64,000 nucleotides of DNA, from contig CM022667.1 in NCBI GenBank assembly GCA_012295275.1, positions 6,448,001 to 6,512,000 on the forward strand, in the 5' to 3' direction. The notes under the pieces are model-generated. The model did not search any database, was not told the origin of the DNA, and saw nothing but the letters and a program-made list of their open reading frames with translations. A program made the translations under genes and the position numbers. The stretch is from Chrysomallon squamiferum. Taxonomy: Eukaryota; Animalia; Mollusca. Of this stretch, positions 1 through 13,218 are shown piece after piece. Positions within the stretch are counted from its first letter, which is position 1, and every line of letters begins with the position of its first letter.

Positions 1-152
1 TCTCCCAAACAAAGTACCAGCTGGACACCCCCCTCATAAGCCACACACACACACACACACACACACATATTTCAAATGGAAATTACTGATTCCAGTTATC
101 TGGACTGTTTATCACGTGTGTTATGGACTGCTAGATTTGTTGTCATTCCTAG

Positions 153-214
<62 letters not shown>

Positions 215-793
215 TAGTAAAGGTAAACTATGACAAAGACAAGGAACACATTATTTTTCACCCTAATCAAGACCAACAACATTGCCATATTAGACTTTTA
301 AGAAAAATATATTTTGTAGAAAAAAAACAAAAATTGTATACTGTGCAGTATCCTTTAACATGACAGAGGCCCTGCTACGCCACAATCAAAAGCTTTGACT
401 AAAACATTTGGATAAACCAAAGTCAATTTCATTTGTATTCACATGCATGATAAAATGTTTGACAATTATTTAGTTTTCATTTGTTTATTTAATAATGGTT
501 TATACAGTGACCATCACTATTATTATTATTATTATTATTATTATTTATTATTATTGCTGCTGTTGTTGTTTTAGCTTTTCTAAGTAGTAATAAATAAATC
601 ATTGCTACTGTAACAATAATTTATTAGATATGTATGTTCTAAGCTTTATTCTGCATTTATGATAACATACAATATATATATATATTCCTTAACTGACATG
701 AAAATGCCTCTCTATAAATATATATGTAATTAAATATATGCTTTTTTTGTTTTTTAATATACATTTTTTATATATTACATTTTATAGATTAAA

Positions 794-860
794 ATGATTC
801 AGAACATCATATCTACAGTTACTCTGGTCGTCTGTCTTGCTGCTGTTGACTTGATTAAAG
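794..860 (+). CDS. Gene A signal-peptide exon MIQNIISTVTLVVCLAAVDLIKG
   Basis: tttatag acceptor at 787, ATG at 794, hydrophobic core, phase-1 donor AAAG|gtaact; ends in (I/V)KG like the leaders of B and E. Confidence 0.75.
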
Positions 861-3102
861 GTAACTAAAGAGATATGTTTTATACAGAAAAAATGTGAAT
901 ATATCATTATATATGTCACATTTTCATAACTAACAGTATCTTTCAGATATAGTGTATGTGTTTGAATCCCAAGTAAATTTAATTATCCAGAATTTAACAA
1001 CAATAATCGAACAAACATATAAGAACATTTAAACATTACCCAAATGCATAATGTTTAAGTAATAATAATAATTATAGTGTTTATTTAAAGAAAATGAAGT
1101 TTTATAATTATCTCTAAACCATAACAAATATTATTAAAAAACACTGTCATCATATATAACATTGTTACACAGCAAACAAGTAAAAAAGCTTAAACCAATG
1201 TGGGTAATTAGTTTTATAGTATTTTCTGTTAATTACATTTTTGTTATTAAATGTCCTAGTAATTGTTTTTCACTTAAAAAACACTTCCAACAACTTTTTT
1301 CAAATATTAATTCAGATAATTATATGGGTATGGGTGGGTGTCTAGTTGTGAATAGTTTGTAATATTTACTTTAATAATGATAAGTAATCAAGATTATATT
1401 AAGAAAATATCAGTTATAGTAGTTCTGAATTGTTTTCTTTCTTTTTGTTTTGTTTTTTGTTTTTTTGTTTTGTTTGTTTGTTGTAATTTTCTGCAAAATT
1501 GTTACAGATTTTTGAGTCCATGAAAGGAAAACTATTTACAACCACTTATACATAAGTGCCTCTTCAATAGTTGTGTCCTTGGTAATACACACAGTCTACA
1601 CTGACTAATGCAGTACTTTATTATCTAGGAAGTCAGACAAGAATATACGAAAATGGTGATCATTTAAAACTATTGATTGATGGTAAAAGAAGACTTTAGA
1701 TTTTAACCCTTGAAATGAAGTTGGCAACAAATTATTTTTATATATGAATTCTGATATTTAAAAAGTCCTCTAGATTAAAATCCCCCTAATTCAATCACTC
1801 TGTTTGATCAGAAGCCTTCTTGCCTGAAAGCCCTATATTGATAATAGGTAGTATTAAAAAATAAAAAAAATAAAAAAATAAAGAATCCTAGAGAAATAAA
1901 ATTAAGCCTTAGATAAAAACTCATATTTATATTCTGCTAATGAAAGTCCTGATATTTACTTTGGGGTACTGTTTGTATACATCAAAACATTCATATTATG
2001 ATTTTCTTACTTGTTATATGTCAGAATACAAACATCAACTAAGGGGTTTTGATAGTTCACGAGCTTCCATAATTCTGGAAAGAACAGTGCTGGATCCTTG
2101 TTGCCCAAATGAATTGATGTATTTTATATTCTGAACCTCCCTTTACCCTTGTGAATTCTTCGCTGTCCTTATGCTGAGTAATGCATGGAATTAAATTTGC
2201 TGTGAATTTAACACAAAGTTATGTATTGCACTTTAGCTTAAGGATTTGATGTTGTCAAAAATGAAATGCTGCATACAGTTATAGATGAATTTGGAAGGAT
2301 GTTAGGTTTTTACCATGAGGTGTGCTTTGCTATTCCTTAAATATACAGGGAACCACAAAAGAATGTCATTGCTGCTGCTATTTTGTGAAACTTCTGTGAA
2401 ACAGTCTATAGCTGGTATTTTAACTGGATGAGAACTTTAAGATGTTTCAGTCACATGAATATGGAGACAAAAAATAAATCAAAGGATCAAAATATCTTGA
2501 GGGCACTTGAGAAATTGGTAAATTTCACTGGGAATAACAAATGATAATTAGGAAAAGCTTAATTAATGGTAGGTGTCTTTGGTAATACATTTCTTCTATT
2601 TCTCTTCCATTTCTGCAGTGAATAATACACCAATAAAAATGCCAAATATGGAAAGAACATATCAAGGAAGATGGAAATATAACAATGGCACATCCAGGGA
2701 ATTAAAATGCGTGATAACTCATCAAGGCAGCAGTGAAAATTTTGAAAAAATGTTCATCATTATGTGATTTCTAATTTTTGTTGTTGAATTATGCATGTGC
2801 AGTAGAGCATCTATAATGTATATTAAATAACATTTAAAATCTGTCAACATAATGCCCTTTATGACTGTAGTTGAAAAATTGATGAATTCATGAGGGAAAA
2901 AATGTATTAATATTCCATAAGCAATAGTATGTGCCTAAAACAAATACAGCTAGCCTTCATTTAGGTATTTCTGCATAGATGTATTCAGCCACATATGTGC
3001 CATTTCAGGATACACATATAATATTGGGAATATATATAACTAGCTTTTGTCTGTAATCCCTGAAGATATAAGGCAAAATCTTAATACCTGAAATTTTGTA
3101 AT

Positions 3103-3740
3103 GGGTCATTGTGTGTCAAATCATCCAATGGGTTAAACCTGACCAGGGTTTGGGAGATACGAGCCCTCAAATTTTCAGATTTTCAGCCAAAATGGGCGTT
3201 ACCACCAACCTTTGAACCCTCATATCTCAGGAACTACTGGGCCAATCATCATAAAATTGGTATTGTTGAAAAGGCAATATGACAAGGATTCCAAATCAGT
3301 TTGAAGAATGTTGGGGTACACTGACGTTTTGACCTTTGTTAGGACCTTGTGGATCATGTGACCTTGAGATGACCTTTCTTGAAATTTAATCCCCCACATG
3401 TTAACTAAAACATACAAAAGTTTCAGAGGAGTGACCTTTTTGGTTTAGCCACAATATAGGTTTAAAAAATGCATACCTGCATGGATGATTGATACAATGC
3501 ATTACAATGTACATTTTCTACACATATAGACTTCTCTGAGACCAAAAGCTCATCTCTGAAGTCAAAATCCACCTGACATATCTGAAGGAATGCCTGAAGG
3601 ATATGAAAAGATGCCAAATGGCATAACATGTTCTACTCAATCAGTCCCAAAGGATTAATAGGAAGTGTGGATTCAGGCATTTCAGGAACTCTTTGAAATC
3701 CCCACTGAGCACATGGCCATTATATTACTATTAAAACTCC
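3103..3740. mobile_element. Partial copy of the GGGTCATT-terminated non-autonomous DNA element also at 59138-60370
   Basis: Starts gggtcatt; ~3220-3450 matches ~59200-59460 and ~3500-3740 matches the reverse complement of ~59930-60150. Confidence 0.6.
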
Positions 3741-3758
3741 CTCTAGAATGCTACTACC

Positions 3759-3790
<32 letters not shown>

Positions 3791-4849
3791 CACTGGTATT
3801 ACTTCTACCATTACTACTGTTACTAATGGTGCTATTACTACTTTTATTATTAGAATAACTAGTACTCTCACCATCATCGCCACTACTGTTACTTTTATTA
3901 TCATAAATACTGTTACTGCCTCTACCACTACTAGCATCACCAAAACTACTATAGTAACTATTTCTTACTTTGCTACTTCTACTGACACTACTTCTTTTAC
4001 TACTAGCACTATAATTAATCCTACCACTTTTTCTAGTACTACTAATTATACTAACATTCCCTCTACATTATTATTATATCTACTACTACCTATTGAGATT
4101 ACTATACTACTACTACATCTATGAGACTACTTCCATGATTTCTACTGCAACTTGTCACATTAATATTGTTTTAATTATCATCATAATTGTTATTATCATT
4201 GTTATTGTTATCATCATCATCATTATTATTCTTACTGGCTGTAGTAGTAATAATACTAGTACTATTACTAGAATTCAAATACTTCTATGGGTATTATGCA
4301 GCAAGGTGAATGGTGAAGAAATATTTATCTATTATTTATTTAATTACTTTAAAAAAGAAAAAATATCTAATCACAAGCATGGAATACAAATATTCATATC
4401 AACACATATATTAAGCATTATATTAATATATAGAATAAACTTATGGTAATGTTTGAAAAGAGTTCTTATTTTGGCATTGAAGAGTGGAGTAACATCAACT
4501 GTCACATAGATGCCTGGTTTAACATCACTTTGCTCCAGCACAGTTAGAATGCATGAACTCTTCTGTAACAAGTGGATTCAGTCTGAAATCTTGGTGTAAG
4601 GAAATATGTTTCTCAGTGCAGTCATCATCACTTGGTTTTCATTTTATTATTATTACAAATATATTTTCTTAGTGTGTGAAATAATAATGAAATTTTATAT
4701 TCCAAATGCAGATAACTTATGTTAAATTGTTTATCTAACTATAAACTCAAAACAATTGCATGGTCATTATTTAAAATCTGGTGGGAAACTTAAATTCAGT
4801 TGAAACAATTTCCAGGAAAAGTATTAAATAACATGCTGGTATTACTGTT

Positions 4850-5182
4850 TATCAATAATTACAGGTGAGATTACTACAACACTTGACTGTATGTACAACA
4901 AGTACACAGTATGTAAAATAACTGTAATATTAAAATAATAGATATACCTGATATTTAATAATAATTACAGGTGATGCTACTACGACACTTGACTGTATGT
5001 ACAACAAGTACTCAGAATGTAAAATAACTAATATTAAAAATAATAGATATACCTGATATTTAATAATAATTACAGGTGAGACTACTACAACACTTGACTG
5101 TATGTACAACAAGTACTCAGAATGTAAAATAACTGTAATATTAAAAATAATAGATATACCTGGTATTTAATAATAATTACAG
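4850..5182 (+). repeat. Three ~106-bp tandem copies of the V-exon splice acceptor plus exon start (gene A)
   Basis: taattacag|gtga at AG 4863-64, 4969-70, 5074-75 and the true acceptor 5181-82; spacing 106, 105, 107 nt. Confidence 0.9.
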
Positions 5183-5488
5183 GTGAGGCTACTACAACAC
5201 TTGACTGTGTGGGTGGTGGACAACAAGGACACAGTACACAGTTGGTGTGTAAAATAACTGGTTCAGTCACAATAGGAATAAGCTTCATAGCACCAGGAAG
5301 AAGACAAGTTGTGTCGTGTAACTCAGACAACACTAAGTGTATAGGATCATCTGGTTACTCTGCTGTTTTTGACTCACAAACACAGATAACTCTGACTATT
5401 CAGTCTTTCACTGATACAGATGTTGGAACATGGACATGTCAGGATGGAGTAAATGGAAATCCATCAACTTGTGACAAAACTAAATTAT
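5183..5488 (+). CDS. Gene A N-terminal V-like Ig domain exon (6 Cys)
   Basis: Open frame GEATTTLDC...LVC...ITLTIQSFTDTDVGTWTC; DxGxWxC F-strand motif; phase 1-1. Confidence 0.9.
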
Positions 5489-6453
5489 GTAAGTTTCGCG
5501 TTTGGTTTTGTGTTGATATTTGTATTAGCAATAGAGTAGAAAATATTAAATGAAATCTCCTTAATTTTGTTTAATTCATCTGATAATGTATGTTAATTTT
5601 CTAAAAGTATGGAATGTCATAAATTTCTATACATAGGTGAATGAATCTTGTGGAAAGATAATGACAGTTTTCATTTATACCACATCAGAAATACTGTCAC
5701 CCAGTCTGAAATATCACAGTGCTGTGCTGCTTAGATCTACAATGGGTATGGATGCAAGATATTGTTCTTCTGTTATGTAGCTGATGTCACAATTTTCCAG
5801 ATTGTTTGCTGAGTTATTTTCATCTTTTTAAATCTCATCTGTGATGACAGTTTTACTTTGGGTAACACCTTTCCTCAGACCTTCCACCATTAACACAAAT
5901 ACACACATTTATTCTTGATTTTTGCTTTTGCAAAAGACTTTATTTGAATCAACATTGTAAGCATTAATTGCTTTAAGCCTTTAACACAAGTAATTGTTAA
6001 AAAGAAAAAAAAATACTTGATGTTCAAAATCCATCTAACACAGAAAACACAAATTTCCCTACTATTTTTATACTTTCGATATTAATCATTACATTTTTAT
6101 CTATATTTAAAATCTCAGTAGCAACTAGCATTAGATTCAGTATTTTATTATTGTTTTTTTTTTACCTTTTTATTATTACTTTTTGTTTCACTATATTCAA
6201 CTTAATATCTGTTGAACATTTACATATTTCAGATATTACTAAAGAAATACAATCTGTCTTGTTTTTTTATCTGTTTCATGTTTAGAGTGTTAAAATGGTA
6301 ATAATTGATCTTTTACTTCTGAATTTAGCTGCACATTTATAAGTATATTGTGCTTTCACTCATTTCAGATTCTGAAGTACAAATTATACAATAAAAACAA
6401 TATTTTAACATATTTTTTTATGCAGTTTCCTCATTATGATATTTCACATTCAG

Positions 6454-6714
6454 ATGGTCCAGACAGTGTCAGACTGAGTCCATCGTCACCTGGTACAGTT
6501 GCAGAAGGTCACACACTGACAGTTACCTGTACTTCTCTCTGTAATCCTGCATGTTCCTATTCCTGGTCACTCAACAATCAGATACTTTCTACAACTTCTC
6601 AGTTAACTCTGACAAACATCAGTAGACAACAGACAGGTGAAATATATAAATGTACAGCAAACAACCCAACTACATCAGTGAAAACCTCTGAACAGTTTGA
6701 ACTGTATGTTTACT
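6454..6714 (+). CDS. Gene A Ig domain 2 exon
   Basis: YGPD...EGHTLTVTC..CNPACSYSW...YKC; ag/gt, 261 nt. Confidence 0.92.
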
Positions 6715-6881
6715 GTAAGTATAGTTTAATAATGCTTCTTTGTAGAACATTATCTGGTTTCAAACAAACATTTAACCAAATCTCAGAAATATGATTTCAA
6801 TCCTACAAATTTAGAAGAAATGTTTATCAGAATTGTGAAATGCATGGATCTCCACATAAGAATACTTTATTTGTACTGTAG

Positions 6882-7139
6882 ATGGACCAGACAGTGTAAA
6901 AGTAAACGTGAGTTCTGCACTGACAGTACAGGAAGGTGATGATGTGGCTGTGTTGTGTGAAGCAGATTGTCGTACATCTTGTTCTTTCACGTGGAAGTTT
7001 AAAACTCACACAAAGTCTACAAGTGCTGCATTGACTTTAAATGATGTAGACAAGTCACAGGCTGGTGTCTACACGTGTACAGCTGTCAACACAAACTCAA
7101 ACAAATCAAATTACACAACAGTTACACTGGACATTCTTT
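6882..7139 (+). CDS. Gene A Ig domain 3 exon
   Basis: GPD...EGDDVAVLC...FTW...AGVYTC; 258 nt. Confidence 0.92.
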
Positions 7140-7489
7140 GTGAGTTTAGTTTTATGGATAAATAATTTAATTTCATTCATTAATAATACTGTTTTTATTA
7201 GGATGAAAAAAGGTTAACTGTACCATTATAATCTCGTTTATATAAAAGAAATTTTAAGACAAATTCTGTTAAAATCTATGACAGTTATGTATTCAGTTAA
7301 ATTTGATTGATTTTATCTTTGCAAATATTGCATTAGAAGTTAGATTTTCTACCAACCCATGAAGGAGATTTAAAATTAATTGTTTAATTATTTCTTAGTC
7401 ATTAGAAATTTACCTAACAGCTAAATGACTAATTCCAGTGACAATTGTTTTATTTTTTAAAAACAAATCATTATTTATTTATCTATTTA

Positions 7490-7538
<49 letters not shown>

Positions 7539-7639
7539 TTAATGAATACAAAGGGTTGTTTCTTTAAGTTTTATTTTCAAATTTATTTTAGTCCATATCT
7601 CTGCAATATATGTTTCTATGAATTTAACATGTATTACAG

Positions 7640-7918
7640 ATCAGACTTCAATAACCTCTTTGACACTGAACTCAAAGTCTGCAAAGATAAGAGTTGATGA
7701 ACTGACAAAATTGACTCTGAGATGTGAAGTTGACAGTAATCCAGCATCTCACATCAAACTGTTAAACAACTCACACATTCTACGTGAAGTGAAAAACTCC
7801 AAGTCAGTGGAGTACAGCTGGAATGAAGCTGGATGTCTGGATACAGGATTTTACACTTGTGAAGCAGGAAACAACATCAAGTCTGATGTCACTCAAAGAG
7901 TGCAGCTTGTTGTTACAT
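7640..7918 (+). CDS. Gene A Ig domain 4 exon
   Basis: LRCEVDSNPASHI...CLDTGFYTC; 279 nt. Confidence 0.92.
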
Positions 7919-8750
7919 GTATGTAATGTTGTAACTTTATTTGTACTATTCTGAAAGATTTCACTAAAAATATGGGTCACTCTATGTCAGATCAACTTTT
8001 ACTTTGAAATTCAAAATTATTTCTTGCAACCAATCAATAGTTTTGGAAGTATCATATACAAGTGTATGGCTATTTTCTTTAATAATGGATGATGGCACAA
8101 ATCTTTAAACCCTTGTTTCTCAGCACCCTAAGGAAAGCAAACTGAACAACTATCCTGAATTTATTTTTATATATACATACATTAACATTTGGTGAACTCA
8201 GATTTAATACATGACCTGGTGTGCATTACAGCCTTGAAATAAAAACTAATTTACAATTTTAGGGAAATATGTGGATAGAGATGTAAAACAAAAATTTACA
8301 GTGTTTTGTTTTTGTGATTCAACATTTACTATTTTAATTTTTTTATTATTCACAATGAAAATAAAAAGAAAGAAAGAAAAAAGAAATAAGTAAATAAATA
8401 CCATCCACATCTTATCTTTAATTAATTTAGCTCTTGTGTAACTAATGAAACAAAAATATTTTATATCAAAGTACTTTTTGTTTGAGATCTTTTTATTGTT
8501 ATTCAAAAATAAATAAATAAATAAATAAATAAAAAACAGGAGAAAATTTCATTTTCTGACTGGGAGTGTAGTAGTTATCTATGTATGTATTATTTTAATT
8601 TAAACAAACCTCTTCTTTCATTAATAATAATAATAATAATAATAAAGTTAGGATACATCAGTTGGACACATATATTCAGTCTGTATATAAAAATAGTTCT
8701 TTGAATACACTTCTTATTGATATTAGTAATCACTAGTTTGACTTTTTCAG

Positions 8751-9056
8751 GTTCACCAAGGCTGGATCATCGAGTTGTATTTCAGAACAAATTTGCTTCT
8801 GTAGAAGGTGGAAATGTAACTCTGCACATTGCTGTGATTGCCAATCCAGTTCCAACATTTACCTGGTATAAACTCACAGATGTAAACAATAAAAGTCTTG
8901 GATCTATACAACCTGTACTCACTACAAATGTGTCTGCTGTAGGTGAATATAAACTGACAAATGTGAAACAAGAAGATTTTGGAATCTATCAGGTTGTTGT
9001 GTCAAATGGAGAAAAAAGAACAGATCTTGTTGTAAAACTAAATTTTACTGCAGAAG
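8751..9056 (+). CDS. Gene A Ig domain 5 exon (lacks the canonical Cys pair)
   Basis: SPRLD...ANPVPTFTW...EDFGIYQVVVSN; 306 nt. Confidence 0.9.
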
Positions 9057-9929
9057 GTAAAAATCATCAAACTGATGCACTGAAATATTATTATTATTAT
9101 ATTTTTGAAATTAATTCCTACTTATCAAACTTAACATCAATAGAAAGAGACTGACAGAGGAATACTATTTATTTATTTTATATGTATATTTTTCTTTTAA
9201 CAAATTTGTTTTCAAAAATTTTACTAATGAAGGGGAATTATTGACTAAGGGTAAATTTATCTTGCATAAAGCTGATAAAATAGTAACTGTAGTAGTAATA
9301 ATAAAAAATAAAATTATAATTTTAACTCTTTTATTATTATTATTTTAAAACAAAAAACTGATTCATATTGATCAAGCTCAATATTAATAGATGGAGGAAT
9401 GATATTTATTTATTTTATATGTATTATTTTGTTTATATGTACTAAATATATATTTTTTATTATGTAGTTTTCAGAAGTACCTACTAAACAGATGCATGTT
9501 TTCATGGATTAACAGATTCTTACAAAAATACTTTTCAGCTTCAAGCTTAATTTTACTCTTTGCTGTTACAACTTTTAATGTTTATCTATCTGCCTTCAGT
9601 GAAAAAAATCTAAATTAAACCTTTTTTAATTTAATTTAATTATAAAATAATTGTTTTTTTTTAATTATCTTATTTTATTATCCTTTTTTGTTTGTTTCTG
9701 CTGTCAGCTAGTCAGTAACTTTCAGCTGCCTGCTGAAAATATTTATCAATTGCTTAACATTTGCATCTCTTTTTCAAACCCTTGATAACATTTCCTCATC
9801 AGTTTTTCCACAAGATGGGACATTTTTAGAAAAGATTTATCAAAGCAAAATTATAAATGTATTTAACATATTTATAAGCAGATCACTGCTGACACTATTT
9901 AACAATTGTGTTACGTTCTAAACTCAAAG

Positions 9930-10229
9930 GTCCTCCAACTGTTCCCTCTGACGTGAGAACTTGGATCACAGGTCCACATTCAGTGTCAGTGTCTTGGATA
10001 GAAGAATTTAATGGAGGATCACAACAAACATTTCTTGTACAGTATCGAGCAGACACAACATCTGAGTGGACAAATCTCACTGAACAGTTTGGTGAAAAAG
10101 GACTTCACACAAATCACACAGCAGAGATTTCTAGTTTACAACCAAACACCAGATATCTGATTTGAATTTTGGCTTTTAATAAATTTGGTTTCAAGAATTT
10201 TACTAAGGAAGAGGAAATCTTGACAGAAG
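9930..10229 (+). CDS. Gene A fibronectin type III exon with premature stop
   Basis: GPPTVP...VSW..FNGG..Y..LQPNTRY; TGA at 10163-10165. Confidence 0.88.
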
Positions 10230-10533
10230 GTAGATTACGATCATTGCTCTTTATTTTACAGGCATAAAATTTTAAAATAGTTGTAGTATTAATAAAAAAT
10301 AAAAATAAAATTTTAACTGTAAATGCACACACATATGCAAAGACAGAATGTACATTTGTTGCATGTCTGCAGTTGCATCTTGACAATGTAGCTATTCTTA
10401 TGAAAATGCTATTATCAGCTTTCAGCAGTTTTTACTGTAATTAATTCAAGCTTTTGTTTAACTAATTTATTAAACATTCAGAGAAACATTTCATTAAGAA
10501 AATTTACATTTTTATTATTTGTAAATTTGTTAG

Positions 10534-10686
10534 CAGCAAAAGATCCTGAAAGTTCTAACATTGTGGCAGTTGCAGCTGGTGTTGCCACTGGTGGTGTTGT
10601 TATTGTTGCTGTGGTTGTTGTTCTACTTGTGTTGTTCATAAGACGAAGAAAGCAGAACACAACTTCATCTGATAAAGCTGTTATAG
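10534..10686 (+). CDS. Gene A transmembrane exon (donor mutated)
   Basis: IVAVAAGVATGGVVIVAVVVVLLVLFI then RRRK; NAGNAG acceptor; ag|ataaat where E has ag|gtaatt. Confidence 0.8.
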
Positions 10687-11014
10687 ATAAATTAATTTTA
10701 ATGTTACAGTATTCACTTTTACTTATTAATCTTATTTCTCATCTGTAATGCTTTCGTTTAAATAGGAAAATTGGTGTGGAGACATTTATATTAATTTTGC
10801 CAGAAAGGCATAGAACTTTTTGAATGACAGATAAGATTTCTCCAAGAGTAATTGAATTTTATTCAGTTCTATATTTACTTCTATTTTTTTTAATTATAAC
10901 ATTTTATGTTGTGTACCAAGTTCTGTAAAAATTGCACTTGATAAATATTTATTCCAAGCAATTTCTATTAGAATGAAAATTTTTGTTATTTTTATGTTAT
11001 TTTTTTTTATATAG

Positions 11015-11172
11015 CTAATCATTCAAACCAGAATGACTCAAATGTGTTGTATACAGTAGTAAACAAAATTAAAAAAGCTGGAACCAGCAGTTCACGAAAT
11101 GAGCAAACTAATGAAAGTACAGGTAATTCTAACTTAATTACAAGTGTTAATTGTTTAATGTTTTGAATTTAC

Positions 11173-11203
<31 letters not shown>

Positions 11204-11667
11204 TTGTTACCTTTTTTAAAACATTTATTTATTAATTTTTTTTTTTTACTGACTACTTATTGAAAGAGAAAAGTAACAATTGGTTGCTTGTTATTTTCGA
11301 TAAAAGGAAATTCAAGTGTATGAATGTTTGAAATAACTGAAATGTGCTGATTTGTGTTTGAATTTCAGTTGGAAGTGAAGCTGGTGCTGAGTATGCCCTG
11401 GTGAACAAAGACAAGAAACATAAAACTGATAACAAATGTATGGAAACAATTGCAAATTTATATCTTTGTTAATCAAATTTTTGGCCACAAAATGATATAT
11501 CATTTAGGAATGTGAGCATATTTAATGTCACAAAGTTTCTAATAAGCTTTATATTTATTTGTTTACTCTATTTATTAGTTACTGCTAACTGAATATTATA
11601 ATTTTGTTTTTATTATTATTATTTTTTTTAAAATTATTTATTTATTTGTTTATTATTAATATTGTTA

Positions 11668-11702
<35 letters not shown>

Positions 11703-12113
11703 TTTTTTCTTTGTAATGTTTAGGATGTTTGCTAAGAATATCTACACGTATATAATCTTGTCACCATACAGCATATCAGAGTATTAGAATTTATTCACAG
11801 GAATGGAATGTTAAAATGCTGTTATAGATAGATATTTGTTTTTTCACTTGTTCAGTTTAAGTGATAACGTTAGAATAATTAGATTTTATGCACACAAATT
11901 ACATACTAACTAAAAATTTATAAAAAAACAAAACAAATATCAGTGTTTTATTTTATGTTGCGACAGTAAAGCAATAGAAACATCTTAATTCTTTGTTTAA
12001 TGATAACTTCATAGCAGTTTGGTATTTTAATAGCTGATCTAATTATATCCATTATTTTATAAACTATTGTGGAATAATTGAAATAATGTTATAAATTGAT
12101 ATATGTATATGTG

Positions 12114-12196
<83 letters not shown>

Positions 12197-13218
12197 TTGA
12201 AACAGGTGTATCATGTTCTAGTGAATCTAGTGAATTAATCAAATGTTCTACATTGACATACATTAATTTAAAATTAGTTCATCAACAGTTTACTTTATTA
12301 AATTGTGCATTGATTGCATTTTTATTGTATTCACTAAACAGTTGCTTGTTAAATATTCATTCATGTACAAATATTAATGTTTTAAATCACATATATGTAC
12401 ATGTTTATTTACAGCTGGTCCTTCTTCCTCGGGTGATCTCTATGCAGTTGTGGACAAAACAAAGAAACCTGCAGCAGTTAAAAAACAAAAAGTGAAACCT
12501 AAAGAGAGGAAAAAGACAAATGGTATAATTTAAATACATATGATGAAAACACATCTAAGATTTCTCAAACGTAATATGATACTAAAAAAGTACCATTTAC
12601 ATATAATTAATAATAGTTTTTCCTAATAATTTTGTGTTGGTTTTCTTTCCTTTAGAGTTTGTATTGTTGTATTGATTACTTTCTCAAATTGTATTCCAGT
12701 AATGTGATATTTTGCAATAAAACTAGAAAAATGATGATAAATTGAAAAAAAGAAAAAAAGAAGAAATGAAATAACTACTACTTGTTTTTTATTTATTATT
12801 TTTTTTTTTCATAACACATAGATGAAAAGCACATCTATGGAAATGACAATATGGCCTTTGTTGAGGACAAGAAACCAAAGAAACCACGAAAAGGAAAAAC
12901 TGAGGTATGAAAAATATATTTCCTTTATTCTTAATTTAATTTACTTTGATATACAGTTATACTAGCATCTCCACCAAATTGTATTTAAACAAAATTTAAA
13001 AGTAAAATGAAATAAAATGATTTTCATTGTTTTTACAGCCAGCAACGACTAAAAAAAGAAATGAATGTCAGCTGATTTAGACTTACGTTGAGTTTAGGAA
13101 GGAGAAAATGTCACAGCCCATCTACAAAAAAGAAGAACTGACAGTGTACATTCAGATTGACTTCTCAAAGAAAGCACCACCCTTGTGTGATGATGATAAT
13201 CAACAGAACACAAAATAA
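11015..13218 (+). CDS. Gene A cytoplasmic exons with VLYTVV, AEYALV, DLYAVV, HIYGN, LI*(Y)TYV, TVYIQI
   Basis: Five small exons read by hand with canonical splice sites; each aligns to gene E. Confidence 0.75.
12121..12194 (+). repeat. (GA)n microsatellite
   Basis: Direct observation; a shorter one lies at the equivalent intron position of gene E (52952-53007). Confidence 0.95.

Larger units (their letters stand above)
794..13218 (+). pseudogene. Gene A: Ig-superfamily receptor (leader, V-like Ig, 4 C2/I-type Ig, FN3, TM, ITIM/ITSM tail); truncated in FN3, so pseudogene or secreted 570-aa form
   Basis: Exons 794-860, 5183-5488, 6454-6714, 6882-7139, 7640-7918, 8751-9056, 9930-10229, 10534-10686, 11015-11122, 11369-11437, 12415-12522, 12822-12904, 13039-13218 in consistent phase. 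Lesions: TGA at 10163-10165 (CGA in paralogues), TM-exon donor GT>AT at 10687, TAG at 13078-13080 replacing the ITIM Tyr. Confidence 0.85.

Noticed and set aside
76-363. 95-aa ORF with a CV repeat
   Set aside because: Translation of a (GT)n microsatellite.
2050-2900. Moderately GC-richer stretch in gene A intron 1, possibly a transposase relic
   Set aside because: Too decayed to assign; no sustained reading frame.
3743-4449. Hydrophobic Val/Ile-rich ORFs
   Set aside because: Low-complexity ACT/ATT repeats; no splice context.
4850-5182. Regularly spaced repeats resembling a CRISPR array
   Set aside because: Whole units are repeated with no unique spacers; eukaryotic intron, no cas genes.
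9895-10386. Recurring ORFs MRFVHSDVVSARYC.. and similar at 21347, 30218, 50605
   Set aside because: Antisense shadows of the duplicated FN3 exon.
12057-12495. ER/SL-repeat ORFs (also 18857, 58158)
   Set aside because: (GA)n microsatellite translations; the real exon 12415-12522 uses a different frame.
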